Shown here in pieces: positions 18,578 to 28,823 of a DNA stretch of 64,000 bases (position 1 is the first letter of the stretch; each line of letters starts with the position of its first letter). The position numbers were made by a program, and so were the translations under genes. This DNA is from Candidatus Woesearchaeota archaeon (GTDB lineage Archaea; Nanobdellota; Nanobdellia; Woesearchaeales; GW2011-AR4): contig JACPMV010000002.1 in assembly GCA_016185845.1 (NCBI GenBank), positions 1,564 to 65,563 of the forward strand. Reading direction: 5' to 3'. The notes below the pieces were generated by a model that had not been told where the DNA came from, did not search any database, and saw only the letters and a list, made by a program, of their open reading frames with translations.

Positions 18578-19234
18578 TTATCTCTTCCCAGCCACCACAA
18601 AGTAATATGCAGGATACCTTCTTGTCCTGTCAATTATATCCAGAATGCTAAGCAATTGCGAAACTATATAGGCTGGCCATAAAACATACATTGCTAATTG
18701 AACAAGGACTTTTATCCGCTTTGGAAACAATAACGGAACTCCCTTAATCAATGAGTGCAGCAGCACGGATGGCAGGGTGAATATTCCCCCAATTGCCTCC
18801 AATCTTTCAATTTTGAATTTGCCTTCAAGCAAAGCCCTTAAGCCATACTCTGTAAACCTGTATTTGTCTGTTGGGGCGTCATGTATCGGATAAAAGAAAG
18901 GCAGCACCAGGACAAACTTGCCATCTTTTTTCAAGATATTATGAATAGATTCAGCAACATTAAACGGATTTTTAAAATAGTAAAATGAATTTACTGAAAT
19001 AACCTTGTCAAATGAACTTGGCTTGAAAGGCAGTTTATCCGCATCAGACACTAAATGAGCTTTAGAGGTTTTTTCTATGTCGAGGCAGACTATGCTGCTT
19101 TTAATCACTTTATGATAATGCGGCTTGTTTCCGCAGCCCAAATCAAGAATTTTATCGTTTTTGCTGTTTAACGCTGATTCTATCTTGCAATTAATGTTTC
19201 TTTTTATTAAAAAAAATTCTCCAAGCATTTTCAA
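18578..19234 (-). CDS. Class I SAM-dependent methyltransferase.
   Basis: ILDLGCGNKPHY is SAM motif I. About 218 aa. Confidence 0.65.
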   Translation of the reverse strand: MKMLGEFFLIKRNINCKIESALNSKNDKILDLGCGNKPHYHKVIKSSIVCLDIEKTSKAHLVSDADKLPFKPSSFDKVISVNSFYYFKNPFNVAESIHNILKKDGKFVLVLPFFYPIHDAPTDKYRFTEYGLRALLEGKFKIERLEAIGGIFTLPSVLLHSLIKGVPLLFPKRIKVLVQLAMYVLWPAYIVSQLLSILDIIDRTRRYPAYYFVVAGKR

Positions 19235-19238
19235 TAAA

Positions 19239-20126
19239 TCAGTGTTTTCTCAGCATATCCGCTATAAACCCGAAAATCACAATCTGGATGCCGATTGTTA
19301 TTATCAGAATGTCAAGCATCATCAGGCCAAGGTGCCTGAAAGCCCCTCCTCCAAAAAACTGGAAGTAGACAAGCCACAATCCCAGAATAAATCCTATCAG
19401 CAAAATCGAAGTCCCAGTCCATCCGAAAAATTTCAACGGCTCATAATCACGATAAATCCTTATTATGTTGATCCAGGCCCTTATGGCATAGCCGAATGGG
19501 TTGCTTATAAGCCTGCTTTCGTCATGCCTTTTTGCAAAATAAATTGGCACCTCTTTTATCCTGAACTTATGCCTAACTGCCCTTATAATCTGCTCCTGAG
19601 TATATGTATGGTTTGAGGTTATAGGCACCTGTTCTGCGACTTCTTTGGTAAAAGCCCTGAATCCAGTCTGGGCATCAGATATTTCCAAGCCCGTTATTTG
19701 AGAGATAACCCTTGAGAATGCCATGTTGCCCAGCCTTTTAACCAAAGGCATCTCTTCTATTTTCCCCTTGAACCTGCTGCCCAGGACCAAATCATAGCCT
19801 TTCTTTACTTCAGCAAGCAGTTTTGGAATTTCACTTGCCTGATACTGCCTATCCGCGTCTATATGGACTATGATGTCCGCTTTCATCTCTAAGCACCTTT
19901 CTATTTCTGTCTTGAATGCCTCTGCCAAGCCATAATTCTTAGGAAGAGAATAAACCATTGCGCCTGCTTTTTTGGATACTTCGGCAGTCCTGTCTTTGCT
20001 GCCATCATCCAAAACCAATATCCTGTAATTGTAATTAGTCTGGCCCATTGCCTTCCTTATATCGGCAACCAGCCTGCCTATGGTCTTTTCCTCGTTATAG
20101 GCAGGTATTGTTACTATTACTTTCAT
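19239..20126 (-). CDS. GT2 polyprenyl-phosphate sugar synthase with C-terminal TM anchor (GtrB/AglD-like).
   Basis: VIVTIPAYNEEKTI, LVLDDGSKDRT and HIDADRQY are GT2 motifs. Two C-terminal TM helices as in GtrB. Confidence 0.8.
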   Translation of the reverse strand: MKVIVTIPAYNEEKTIGRLVADIRKAMGQTNYNYRILVLDDGSKDRTAEVSKKAGAMVYSLPKNYGLAEAFKTEIERCLEMKADIIVHIDADRQYQASEIPKLLAEVKKGYDLVLGSRFKGKIEEMPLVKRLGNMAFSRVISQITGLEISDAQTGFRAFTKEVAEQVPITSNHTYTQEQIIRAVRHKFRIKEVPIYFAKRHDESRLISNPFGYAIRAWINIIRIYRDYEPLKFFGWTGTSILLIGFILGLWLVYFQFFGGGAFRHLGLMMLDILIITIGIQIVIFGFIADMLRKH

Positions 20127-20183
20127 ACTCTGTCCGAAAGGTAAAATATTTAAATACCTTTCTGTTTTGCAGAAGGGGGCTTA

Positions 20184-22043
20184 ATGGAATTTTTCAGCAT
20201 AGCATTTTTTTTGGCTGTACTGTACGGTTTTGGTAGCTCTATCTCTTTCATAGCAAAGGAATCAGAGGATTTTCTTGAAAGGCACCTTATGAGATTTGGA
20301 ATCGGATTGGGAATAATGCCTGCTTTCGGGCTTTTGCTTAACCTGTTAAGAGTTCCATTAGACTGGAGAATTTTTATTATATCCAGCTTGCTGATACTAT
20401 TAGTTAGATATTATTTAGATTACAAAAATAATAATCTTTTCAATGCAAAATTCAATCTCAACCTTTATTCTGTTTTCATGCTTGTTTTATTTGCAATAAC
20501 GCTGTACATGTACACAGCAGGATCTTTTGCGTATCCTTATCTTGAAGATGATGACCCGTGGAGCCACGCAATGGGAGTCAAGTATGTCTCAATAGAAAAG
20601 ACAGTATTTACAGCCCAGCCAATTTTCCATTATATTGACCCTTATCCCCCAACATATGACATGCTGATGGGAATAATACACCAGACAAATGACTCTGTTT
20701 ACTGGACGCTGAAATTTTTTAACGCATTCATAATATCATTAAGCATAATTTTCTTTTATTTCTTCGCTAAAGAATTTTCAAAAAGTTCGAAAAAAGCGCT
20801 GTTTTCAACATTTGCATTGTTTGCAGTGCCGGCATTTCTAAGCCATTTTATATGGGCATTGGCTTTGACAGTTCCTCTTTATTTCGTTTCTTTTTACTGC
20901 ATTGAAAGGATAAATCACGACAAGAAGTGGTGGATTGGGGCTACAGCAGTTATGATAACGACTTTGACATCATCACCGACGCACAGCACTTATTTTGGAT
21001 TGTTTTTTGCATTATACATTATTGGAAGATTTATTGCTGAAAGAAAGATACTGCTGTATGAAACTATTGCCGGACTAAGCGGCCTGGCCATTTCATTTGT
21101 TTTATGGTGGCTCCCAATACTGGCAAAACACGGCCTAACAAGAACATTGCAAATTCTTGGCATAGGCGGTACGCGAGGCAATGCCAGCATATTCAATGTG
21201 CTCGGAACAGGCGACAGGGTTTATACTCTTTCAGATTTTTTATGCCAGCCCGGAACGCCGTGCTATAACGGCCAGAATATGATAAATAATCCCATTGGGA
21301 TAGGATTGATACTTTCTATTTTGGCGGTGATGGGCATTATTTATCTGGCCATGAAATACAAAGAGATGCTTAGCAGAGAGAACTATTACAAATTCGTGAT
21401 TCTGCTGTGGCTTGCGCTGGCATTTTATGCTGTTAATGCGGCAAAATTCCCGATAAAGATATCCCCATTCAGGGCCTGGATGCTCCTGGCAATTCCAGTA
21501 TCCTTACTGGCAGGGGAGTCAATTAATTTTATCAATAATATGTCTAAATCATTAACAAGAGATTTTACAAAATCAAAAAATGCAGTTATTTCTGTATCAC
21601 TGATAGTCCTTATTGCCCTCAGCTTTGGGATATACAAGACTTCATTTGAGCCAAAATACAAGGTCAATACGGCAAACTGGCCTCCCGGCGCCTTCTGGAC
21701 ATCAAACGACGAAATAAGCGGCTATATTTGGCTTAAAGACAGCATACCGAAAGGCTCAAGAGTTTTTACTTTTGCCAATAATGCGCCTATCATAGCATTT
21801 GACAAGTTCACATGCTACTGGTGCCCTGAAGTAAGGGATTTCCAGAAAAACGGCATAAACAAAACGCCTGATGAGATATATTCATGGCTGAAGCAGAATA
21901 AGTACCAGTACCTTATTGTAGACGGGCAGACCATTCGAAAATTCGGGGCAAATGATACAAATATCATGCTGTCTTCTCTTGGATCAAAATTTAACCTGCA
22001 GCCGGTACTGCAAAATAACGGCATGATCATCCTGAGAATATGA
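20184..22043 (+). CDS. GT-C fold polytopic membrane glycosyltransferase (PMT/ArnT/GtrC-like).
   Basis: 619 aa with about 12+ TM and an acidic loop (YLEDDDPWSH) near the first extracytoplasmic loop. Divergently paired with the GtrB-like GT2. Confidence 0.45.
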   Translation: MEFFSIAFFLAVLYGFGSSISFIAKESEDFLERHLMRFGIGLGIMPAFGLLLNLLRVPLDWRIFIISSLLILLVRYYLDYKNNNLFNAKFNLNLYSVFMLVLFAITLYMYTAGSFAYPYLEDDDPWSHAMGVKYVSIEKTVFTAQPIFHYIDPYPPTYDMLMGIIHQTNDSVYWTLKFFNAFIISLSIIFFYFFAKEFSKSSKKALFSTFALFAVPAFLSHFIWALALTVPLYFVSFYCIERINHDKKWWIGATAVMITTLTSSPTHSTYFGLFFALYIIGRFIAERKILLYETIAGLSGLAISFVLWWLPILAKHGLTRTLQILGIGGTRGNASIFNVLGTGDRVYTLSDFLCQPGTPCYNGQNMINNPIGIGLILSILAVMGIIYLAMKYKEMLSRENYYKFVILLWLALAFYAVNAAKFPIKISPFRAWMLLAIPVSLLAGESINFINNMSKSLTRDFTKSKNAVISVSLIVLIALSFGIYKTSFEPKYKVNTANWPPGAFWTSNDEISGYIWLKDSIPKGSRVFTFANNAPIIAFDKFTCYWCPEVRDFQKNGINKTPDEIYSWLKQNKYQYLIVDGQTIRKFGANDTNIMLSSLGSKFNLQPVLQNNGMIILRI

Positions 22044-22774
22044 ATAAACAAAACATCAAAAACAAATTCATGGAAATGATATACAACTCGCCTCTTGAAA
22101 GAAATATAAACCTAGTGATGAGATACTACCCTATATCTAAATTCCTTAAAAAGATTATTAAAGAAAACAAGAACAGAAGACTGAGGATTTTAGAAGTAGG
22201 CTCCGGAAGCAGAGGCATAACAAGATTCTATGGCGGCAGGGTTATAGGCGTTGACATAGAGCCGGAAAAGTACGGAAGCCCGAGACTAATATTTTTAAAA
22301 GCTTCTGCCACCAATCTGCCTTTTAAGGACGGGAGCTTTGATGTGGTTTTATCGGTTGACACTCTGGAGCATTTGACCAGGAAAGATATGATCAAGATGG
22401 TCCAGGAGGCAGACAGGGTAGCGAGGAAACACATATTATTCACCTATCCCGCTGGCTTTACCAAATATCATGAAAAAATAGTAAAGACATGGAAAAGAAG
22501 CCATTTAACAAAATCGCTTGAAGAGCATCTTCATGGGGGCACTGCCACAGGGCATGAAATTCCGGACGCATTAAAAGGCAAAAATTATAATATAGTGAAG
22601 GAATACGGGATTCATCCGAGGATTTCATACTGCCTTTGCTATCTGGAGCAGCGCCTAATAACTAAAATTTTAAGCCGCACGCTGCTGAAGATTTTTATGC
22701 CTTTTATGAGGCTTTGCAGGGGAGACTCAAGAGTTTATTATTTTGTAACATGTCGGAAATCGCAAGATAAATAA
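22040..22774 (+). CDS. Class I SAM-dependent methyltransferase.
   Basis: RILEVGSGSRGITRFYGGRVIGVDI is SAM motif I. ATGA overlap with the upstream gene. Confidence 0.55.
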   Translation: MNKQNIKNKFMEMIYNSPLERNINLVMRYYPISKFLKKIIKENKNRRLRILEVGSGSRGITRFYGGRVIGVDIEPEKYGSPRLIFLKASATNLPFKDGSFDVVLSVDTLEHLTRKDMIKMVQEADRVARKHILFTYPAGFTKYHEKIVKTWKRSHLTKSLEEHLHGGTATGHEIPDALKGKNYNIVKEYGIHPRISYCLCYLEQRLITKILSRTLLKIFMPFMRLCRGDSRVYYFVTCRKSQDK

Positions 22775-22796
22775 TAAATAGTTACGATTTCCGAGC

Positions 22797-23333
22797 ATGC
22801 TCAAAAACACACTCCGTACTTTAGTGCGGAGTGTTTTTGACAAAATGAAAAAGAAGCTGAATTTGGGATGCGGGAATGACTATAAGGAAGGATGGGTTAA
22901 CCTAGAGAATAAAGGCGAGTATATTGACAGAAAATACAAGGCAGATAAGTTTCATGATTTGAACAAATATCCATATCCATTCAAATCCAACGAATTTGAT
23001 TTAATCCTGGCATCTCATCTTGTGGAGCATCTGGAAGATCCGCTAAGATTTTTTAAAGAATGCCGCAGGATACTCTCCGCAAACGGGGAATTAACAGTTG
23101 TTGTGCCGCATTACACCAATCCGATGGCATATACTCCGCTTCATAAGACTTACTGGAGCTACAAATCAATGAGGCACGCGGCTAATGGGCTAAGGTTAAA
23201 GGAGGTAAAATTAAAATTCACCCCTAAATACAAGCTTATTGAGTTGATAGCGGGAAAATTTCCAGTATTTTACGAGAATACGCCCCTGAGCATTTTTCCT
23301 GCCAAGGAGATTGAGGCAGTGTATTGCAAATGA
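22797..23333 (+). CDS. Class I SAM-dependent methyltransferase (Methyltransf_11-like).
   Basis: KLNLGCGNDYKEGWVNLE and VVVPHYTNP, typical of small sugar O-methyltransferases. Confidence 0.6.
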   Translation: MLKNTLRTLVRSVFDKMKKKLNLGCGNDYKEGWVNLENKGEYIDRKYKADKFHDLNKYPYPFKSNEFDLILASHLVEHLEDPLRFFKECRRILSANGELTVVVPHYTNPMAYTPLHKTYWSYKSMRHAANGLRLKEVKLKFTPKYKLIELIAGKFPVFYENTPLSIFPAKEIEAVYCK

Positions 23334-23335
23334 CA

Positions 23336-24817
23336 TTAGTATAAAATTTCAGATGCATCCTTTATTATTAAATCAGGTTTGAGATTCAAAAGAAAATCTT
23401 TGTCCCTTAAGCCACTCTCAACTGCGATCACCTTCCATTTTAGTTTTTTTGCAGTTAAGATGTCGTCCTCAGAATCACCGATTATGACCCCTTCTTTGCC
23501 ACTTAAATTCTTGCGTGAAAATAAAAATCCGTCAACTAATCTAGTTAGCTCGAATTTCTCAATTTGCTTAAAAAATAATCTTTTTGATTTTCTATTTGTA
23601 ACTAAGAATACCTTATGGTTCATTTTTAATTTTTTCAAGGCATCAATAGAATTCGGAACTAATTCGTCAAGATTTAGATAGCGCTCTTTTTCAATATTAT
23701 TCATTCTAATTTTATTATAATACCCGAATACGTCGATTTTATATTTTTCTTCTATTATACTTTTTTCGCTCTTGCCGCTTCTCTTTAATTTTATGTAAAC
23801 CTCTTTTTTGAGTGGCTTAATCCCAAGAGATTCAATGCTGCCCTTATGCAATCTGTATAGCCTTTCAAGCACATCAATAATTGTCCCGTCAACATCAATA
23901 TAAATTTTTTTGGCATCGCCTATGATGTGCCATACCATTTCTTTTTTCAATCCATATATTATATGGGTTTTTGGAACAAAGCCTAATTTCCTTGAATTGC
24001 TTATGTCAAACACAAAATCATTTTTTTGTTTTTTTCTTTTTTTAAATATGGGCTTCAAATTTTTGCCTGAAATTTTAATTATAATATCGGCGATCTGTTT
24101 TATAGTGTAAGGTCTGCCAGAAGCTATGTTGTAAGTTCCATATCTAAAACATTTCAATGCGCATAAAATGGCTTCTGCAGCGTCTTCAATATACAGATAA
24201 TCTCGTTTATCACTACCATCACCGTATATTATCGGGCTTTTATTGTTTATTACAGAATTGATGAAGTTAGGTATCGCCCTGTCAATAATTTCTCCAGGGC
24301 CATAAACGCTTGCAAGTCTTAGAATCATGAAATTTTTTTTATTTTTGCGTAAAATTGATGATAACAACTGCTCTGCTATCAGCTTACTCGCGCCATAATA
24401 TGTTACAGGACTGCATGGATGCTTTTCGTCTATAGGGGTGTAATGTACATTGCCGTAAACCTCTATAGTGCTTATGTAGATAACTTTTGTTCGTCCTGAA
24501 ATGTTATTCACTAAGTTTACGCTGCCTATAATGTTAGAACTCACACTTTTTAATAAATCATCCTTGTATTTTGGCACAAAGGCTGCCAGATGTATCAAAA
24601 AATCCGCATTATTCAAGTATTTTCTGTTTTTTTCTATGCTGTATTTTTTGCTTATGTCGCACTGCACAAATTTTGTATTTGAAGAAAAATCAAACTTTTT
24701 TTTGTTTTTGTGAAAAACAACAACATGCGCTTTTAAGCTGTCTAAATGTTTGATTAGACTTTTCCCAATATGTCCAGTGCCGCCTGTTACAACTATATTT
24801 TTATTTCTGATGCTCAT
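23336..24817 (-). CDS. Fusion: NAD-dependent epimerase/dehydratase (extended SDR) plus C-terminal HAD-superfamily phosphatase.
   Basis: N-terminus: IVVTGGTGHIGKSL and YGASKLIAEQ (YxxxK). C-terminus: IYIDVDGTIID (HAD motif I DxDGT), FLVTNRKS (motif II) and IIGDSEDD (motif IV). Confidence 0.65.
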   Translation of the reverse strand: MSIRNKNIVVTGGTGHIGKSLIKHLDSLKAHVVVFHKNKKKFDFSSNTKFVQCDISKKYSIEKNRKYLNNADFLIHLAAFVPKYKDDLLKSVSSNIIGSVNLVNNISGRTKVIYISTIEVYGNVHYTPIDEKHPCSPVTYYGASKLIAEQLLSSILRKNKKNFMILRLASVYGPGEIIDRAIPNFINSVINNKSPIIYGDGSDKRDYLYIEDAAEAILCALKCFRYGTYNIASGRPYTIKQIADIIIKISGKNLKPIFKKRKKQKNDFVFDISNSRKLGFVPKTHIIYGLKKEMVWHIIGDAKKIYIDVDGTIIDVLERLYRLHKGSIESLGIKPLKKEVYIKLKRSGKSEKSIIEEKYKIDVFGYYNKIRMNNIEKERYLNLDELVPNSIDALKKLKMNHKVFLVTNRKSKRLFFKQIEKFELTRLVDGFLFSRKNLSGKEGVIIGDSEDDILTAKKLKWKVIAVESGLRDKDFLLNLKPDLIIKDASEILY

Positions 24818-25869
24818 CTTCTTTTTCTTAGCTCCTCTACTTTTTTATCAATACTTTTAATATTTGTGAGCACTGGCAAGAAATCAATGCCCCTTATCCA
24901 AACAAGTCCTAGCTTAAGTGGGTTAAGCTTATTTGTAATCTTGGGCAGTTTCTCATTGTACGCCAATTTGACAAAAATATACGGCATATTCAATCCAGCT
25001 CTAGTGAAGAATTCATGTGTTGTGAAGAATCTGCCTATATTTATCTCAGTTGGATTTGGCACCCTGTTTCTGTCATAAGTCAAGTCCACACTAAAAATTC
25101 CATGCGGTCTTTTGTCAATTGCAAAAATAGCTTTTTGCGCTATATCATCCAAAATAGGGTCAGAATGCGTAACAGCCCCTCCAGTTGCCCCTGTGATTCC
25201 TGAAGGGGAAATTTTTGACAATTCCCAGTACAACCTTAACCTGCCTTGGGCAACTATCAATTCACCTTTGTTCCATATAGATTGCCATGTGACAGAGTCT
25301 GGACTAAGATATTCTGAAGCCGTGTATTTACCCCATCCTTGCATAAAGTCTATCCATGCCTTTGCCACATCAAAATTGTCAGATTTTAGAGAGCCTCTGC
25401 CACCTGCTCCAGTAGTATCTCTTATCCAAATCGTTTTGAATTTTTTGAGAGCATCTTTAAGATCTTTCTCGTCATTTATTTTCACTGTTTCAGGAACTTT
25501 TAATCCGGCTTTGCTCCATTTTTTATAAGATTCATGCTTATTCTGGCATATTTGAATTGTCTTGTGCTCCGGCAAGAAAAGCTTGGCATTCAGCATTTTT
25601 CTGTTTTTACTGACCTGAAACATTTCAGCATCATTTTGACAATGAAAGAATTCCGCACCAGTCTCGTCTATGATGCTATTTAGAATTTTGATATAATCCT
25701 TTTCGTTAGCGCTAGGTACAAGATAACTATCATCCGTCTCGGACCTATGAATATAATATTTATTGGAGTCTGTGCCTATCAAATAAAATTTTTCAGGGGC
25801 GTGCCTTAACGAGCGCACAAAATTTGTAGCTGGCGTCCCTCCAGCGCCTAAAATAAGAATTCGTTTCAT
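24814..25869 (-). CDS. ATP-grasp family enzyme (carboxylate-amine ligase-like).
   Basis: MKRILILGAGGTPATNFVRSL...LIGTDS has an N-terminal pre-ATP-grasp Rossmann-like domain. About 350 aa, as in sugar-modifying ATP-grasp ligases. Confidence 0.5.
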   Translation of the reverse strand: MKRILILGAGGTPATNFVRSLRHAPEKFYLIGTDSNKYYIHRSETDDSYLVPSANEKDYIKILNSIIDETGAEFFHCQNDAEMFQVSKNRKMLNAKLFLPEHKTIQICQNKHESYKKWSKAGLKVPETVKINDEKDLKDALKKFKTIWIRDTTGAGGRGSLKSDNFDVAKAWIDFMQGWGKYTASEYLSPDSVTWQSIWNKGELIVAQGRLRLYWELSKISPSGITGATGGAVTHSDPILDDIAQKAIFAIDKRPHGIFSVDLTYDRNRVPNPTEINIGRFFTTHEFFTRAGLNMPYIFVKLAYNEKLPKITNKLNPLKLGLVWIRGIDFLPVLTNIKSIDKKVEELRKRR

Positions 25870-25943
25870 TTTAAAGATTTCAATGTAGCAACTATTACTA
25901 GTATATAAATATCACTCTAAATTTTTACAAAGCTTATGGAAAG

Positions 25944-25955
25944 TTATATAAACAA
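25944..25955 (+). promoter_or_regulatory. TATA-like box (GTTATATAAACA) about 25 nt upstream of the ArnE/F-like gene start; candidate promoter for a leaderless transcript.
   Basis: TTATATAA at the position expected for an archaeal box A relative to the ATG at 25977. A second box (AGTATATAAATA, about 25898) in the same divergent intergenic region may serve the opposite-strand operon. Confidence 0.3.
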
Positions 25956-25976
25956 TAATCGGAAATATCAGCAGCA

Positions 25977-26354
25977 ATGAAAGCAAAAACACTGGCAATT
26001 TTATTGATTTTATTCACCACCATTTTCACGTCAAGCGCGCAGCTATCCTTAAAGCTGGCCGTAAACAACCTTAAGCCAGGCTTTCTGGGCCTGATATCAA
26101 ATTACTATTTAGCCCAAGGTTTTTTTCTGTACGCAATTGCGGGCGCGCTTGCGATAGCCGCTTTCCGGAGAGGGGATGTCTCAGTGCTTTATCCAATATT
26201 CGCCACAAGCTATGTGTGGGTGAGCATTGCATCGGCCTATTTTTTTGGAGAATACCTAAGCACGCTTAAGCTGCTTGGCATAATTGTAATTATAACTGGC
26301 ATAATGCTGGTTGGATTTGGAGGCGCAAAAGTGAAAAATGAGGCGATGGCTTAA
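25977..26354 (+). CDS. Small 4-TM EamA/SMR-like protein, ArnE/ArnF-like putative polyprenyl-phosphate-sugar flippase subunit.
   Basis: 125 aa with four predicted TM helices. Tandem with a second similar 117-aa protein whose start shares its ATG with this gene's stop. Confidence 0.5.
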   Translation: MKAKTLAILLILFTTIFTSSAQLSLKLAVNNLKPGFLGLISNYYLAQGFFLYAIAGALAIAAFRRGDVSVLYPIFATSYVWVSIASAYFFGEYLSTLKLLGIIVIITGIMLVGFGGAKVKNEAMA

Positions 26355-26707
26355 TGGCAACACAGCTATGGGCTATACTTCTGGTGGCATTCAGCTCTCT
26401 GTTTGCATCAATAGCCCCGATTCTGCTGAAAAAGGCGTCTCAGAGAAAATTCTCAGATATAAAATCAGTCATAACAAATTACCCGCTATACGGCGCTGCC
26501 ATGCTTTACGGATTCGGAATATCAGCTTTTGTTTTCGCGCTTACCGGAGGAGAGCTTTCTGTGCTGTATCCGCTTTCTTCTTTAGGATATATATGGGCAT
26601 GCTTTGGAAGCGTTAAATTTCTTGGCGAGAAAATGAACAAGATCAAATGGGCGGGGGTCATACTGATAGTTATCGGCGTAACATTCATCGGCATAAGCGG
26701 CAATTAA
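26354..26707 (+). CDS. Small 4-TM EamA/SMR-like protein, second ArnE/ArnF-like subunit.
   Basis: 117 aa with four TM. Paralogous to the upstream gene (LSVLYP motif in both). Confidence 0.5.
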   Translation: MATQLWAILLVAFSSLFASIAPILLKKASQRKFSDIKSVITNYPLYGAAMLYGFGISAFVFALTGGELSVLYPLSSLGYIWACFGSVKFLGEKMNKIKWAGVILIVIGVTFIGISGN

Positions 26708-26758
26708 GCCTTAGGGGCACCAAAAACCATTTAAATAATCCGCCTATTCCTACGAGCG

Positions 26759-27835
26759 TTGTTTATGATTCCAATATCAAAGCCTTTGCTTGGAGAGGAG
26801 GAGGAAAAGCTTGTGCTTGAAGTCCTTAGGTCAGGCAACCTGGTGCAAGGCGAAAAAGTTGAGGAATTTGAAAGAGAGTTTGCAAAATATGCAGGGGCAA
26901 GGCACGCAATAGCTACAAATTCAGGGACAAGCTCACTGCACACAGCGCTTTTAGCAGCAGGCATCGGAAAAGGTGACGAAGTCATTACAACGCCATTTAC
27001 ATTTATAGCATCAGTAAACTCAATTACCTTCTGCCAGGCAAGGCCAGTCTTTGCCGACATCAGGGAAGAAGACTTTAATATTAATGTAAAATTGATTGAA
27101 GATGCAATAACAAGCAAAACAAAAGCAATTATGCCGGTGCATCTTTACGGAAGCCCCTGTGATATGGATTCTTTGCAGGAAATCGCGTACAAGCATAATC
27201 TGCATATCATAGAGGATGCCTGCCAGGCCCACGGAGCAGAATTTAATGGCAGGAAGGTCGGCACTTTCGGAACTGGATGCTTCAGCTTCTATCCTTCGAA
27301 AAATATGACAACTGGAGAAGGCGGGATGATAACGACAAATGATGATGGAATTGCAGAGAGATGCCGGCTCATAAGAAATCACGGCTCTAAAGTAAGATAT
27401 TACCACGAGATTGTCGGCTATAACTACAGGATGACAAATCTGGCAGCAGCAATCGGAATACCTCAATTGAAAAAACTGGAAGAATTCAACAATAAAAGAA
27501 TAAAAAATGCGGAATACCTGACAAAAAGATTATCCAAGCTAAAATGGCTCATAACTCCAAAAATCAGAAGCAATTCAAGGCACGTGTTTCATCAATACAC
27601 TTTAAGGATTACCGGCAAAAATCGAGATGAAGTTGCAAAAATACTGACGAGCAAAGGCGTAGGAAACTCAGTTTATTATCCTGTTCCGGCCACTCTGCAA
27701 AAGCCATATAAAGAGCTTAAAGTTAGCATGCCTGTAAGCGAGAAAATGGCAAAGGAAGTGCTCTCCATACCTGTGCACCCGGCATTGCTGAATGAAGAGC
27801 TGGATTATATAGCCAAGACTTTCGAGGAGATGTAA
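26759..27835 (+). CDS. DegT/DnrJ/EryC1/StrS-family PLP-dependent sugar aminotransferase (ArnB/WbpE-like).
   Basis: ATNSGTSSLH, GDEVITTPFTF and FSFYPSKNMTTGEGGMI (PLP-Lys region) are the DegT family signature. Confidence 0.85.
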   Translation: MFMIPISKPLLGEEEEKLVLEVLRSGNLVQGEKVEEFEREFAKYAGARHAIATNSGTSSLHTALLAAGIGKGDEVITTPFTFIASVNSITFCQARPVFADIREEDFNINVKLIEDAITSKTKAIMPVHLYGSPCDMDSLQEIAYKHNLHIIEDACQAHGAEFNGRKVGTFGTGCFSFYPSKNMTTGEGGMITTNDDGIAERCRLIRNHGSKVRYYHEIVGYNYRMTNLAAAIGIPQLKKLEEFNNKRIKNAEYLTKRLSKLKWLITPKIRSNSRHVFHQYTLRITGKNRDEVAKILTSKGVGNSVYYPVPATLQKPYKELKVSMPVSEKMAKEVLSIPVHPALLNEELDYIAKTFEEM

Positions 27836-28822
27836 ATGGACAAGATGCGTACAGCAGTTATTGGGGTAGGCAATATGGGAATCCACCATGCAAGAGTGCT
27901 CTCTGAGATATCAAATCTGGCAGCTGTTGCTGATACGAATGAGCCAAGATTAAAGGAAGTTGCAGAGCTGCATAAGTGCAAAAGTTATACAGATTATAAT
28001 GAAATGATGAAGAGGGAAAATATCGATGCAGTTTCAATAGTTGTGCCGACAAGCATGCATAAAAAAGTCACGCTTGATGTTTTGAGATATAATAAACCCA
28101 TATTGCTGGAGAAACCGTTAGCTGACAATATGGAAGATGCCCGGGCAATATACAGCGCTGTTAAGGACAGCGGAATAAGATTTACAGTTGGGCATGTTGA
28201 AAGGTTCAATCCTGCGGTTGCCAAGCTAAAGGAAATCCTGAAAAATGGCGAGCTTGGAGATATACTTGGGATCACTGCAAGAAGAGTCGGGACAGCAGGA
28301 AGCCCTATAGTATATGGCAATATAATGATAGACCTTGCAATCCATGATATTGATATAATAAATTTTTTGCTGGACAGGAAAAGCCCGGACAAGTCTTTGT
28401 GCTTTATAGGGAAATCTGCAATAACCAACAGGGAGGATTATGCAGACATAATCTTAAGATACGGCCCAACAAATGCGATGATACATGTTAACTGGATAAC
28501 GCCAATAAAAATAAGGGTTCTCAGCATTAACGGCTCTAAAGCGTACGCTGAATTAAATTATATAACTCAGGAATTAAAGCTGTATAAAATGAGCTATACG
28601 AAACAATATAACAGCTTTGGGGAGTTTATCCTGAATTACAGCAAAGTCGACGAAATAAGAATAGATGTTGAAAAAGATGAGCCGCTAAAGCTTGAGATTA
28701 AATCATTTTTAGACTGCATTAAGAATGGCAGGCAGCAGCCGGTAACTATAGATCAGTCACTTGATGCCCTTGAAATAGCCTTAAGACTTTTAAAAGAAAA
28801 CGGCGTAAAAGAAGTGCTTTGA
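27836..28822 (+). CDS. Gfo/Idh/MocA-family NAD-dependent sugar oxidoreductase (WbpB-like).
   Basis: RTAVIGVGNMGIHHA...EKPLA is the Rossmann plus EKP motif. 1-nt spacing from the upstream aminotransferase. Confidence 0.8.
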   Translation: MDKMRTAVIGVGNMGIHHARVLSEISNLAAVADTNEPRLKEVAELHKCKSYTDYNEMMKRENIDAVSIVVPTSMHKKVTLDVLRYNKPILLEKPLADNMEDARAIYSAVKDSGIRFTVGHVERFNPAVAKLKEILKNGELGDILGITARRVGTAGSPIVYGNIMIDLAIHDIDIINFLLDRKSPDKSLCFIGKSAITNREDYADIILRYGPTNAMIHVNWITPIKIRVLSINGSKAYAELNYITQELKLYKMSYTKQYNSFGEFILNYSKVDEIRIDVEKDEPLKLEIKSFLDCIKNGRQQPVTIDQSLDALEIALRLLKENGVKEVL

Positions 28823-28823
28823 A

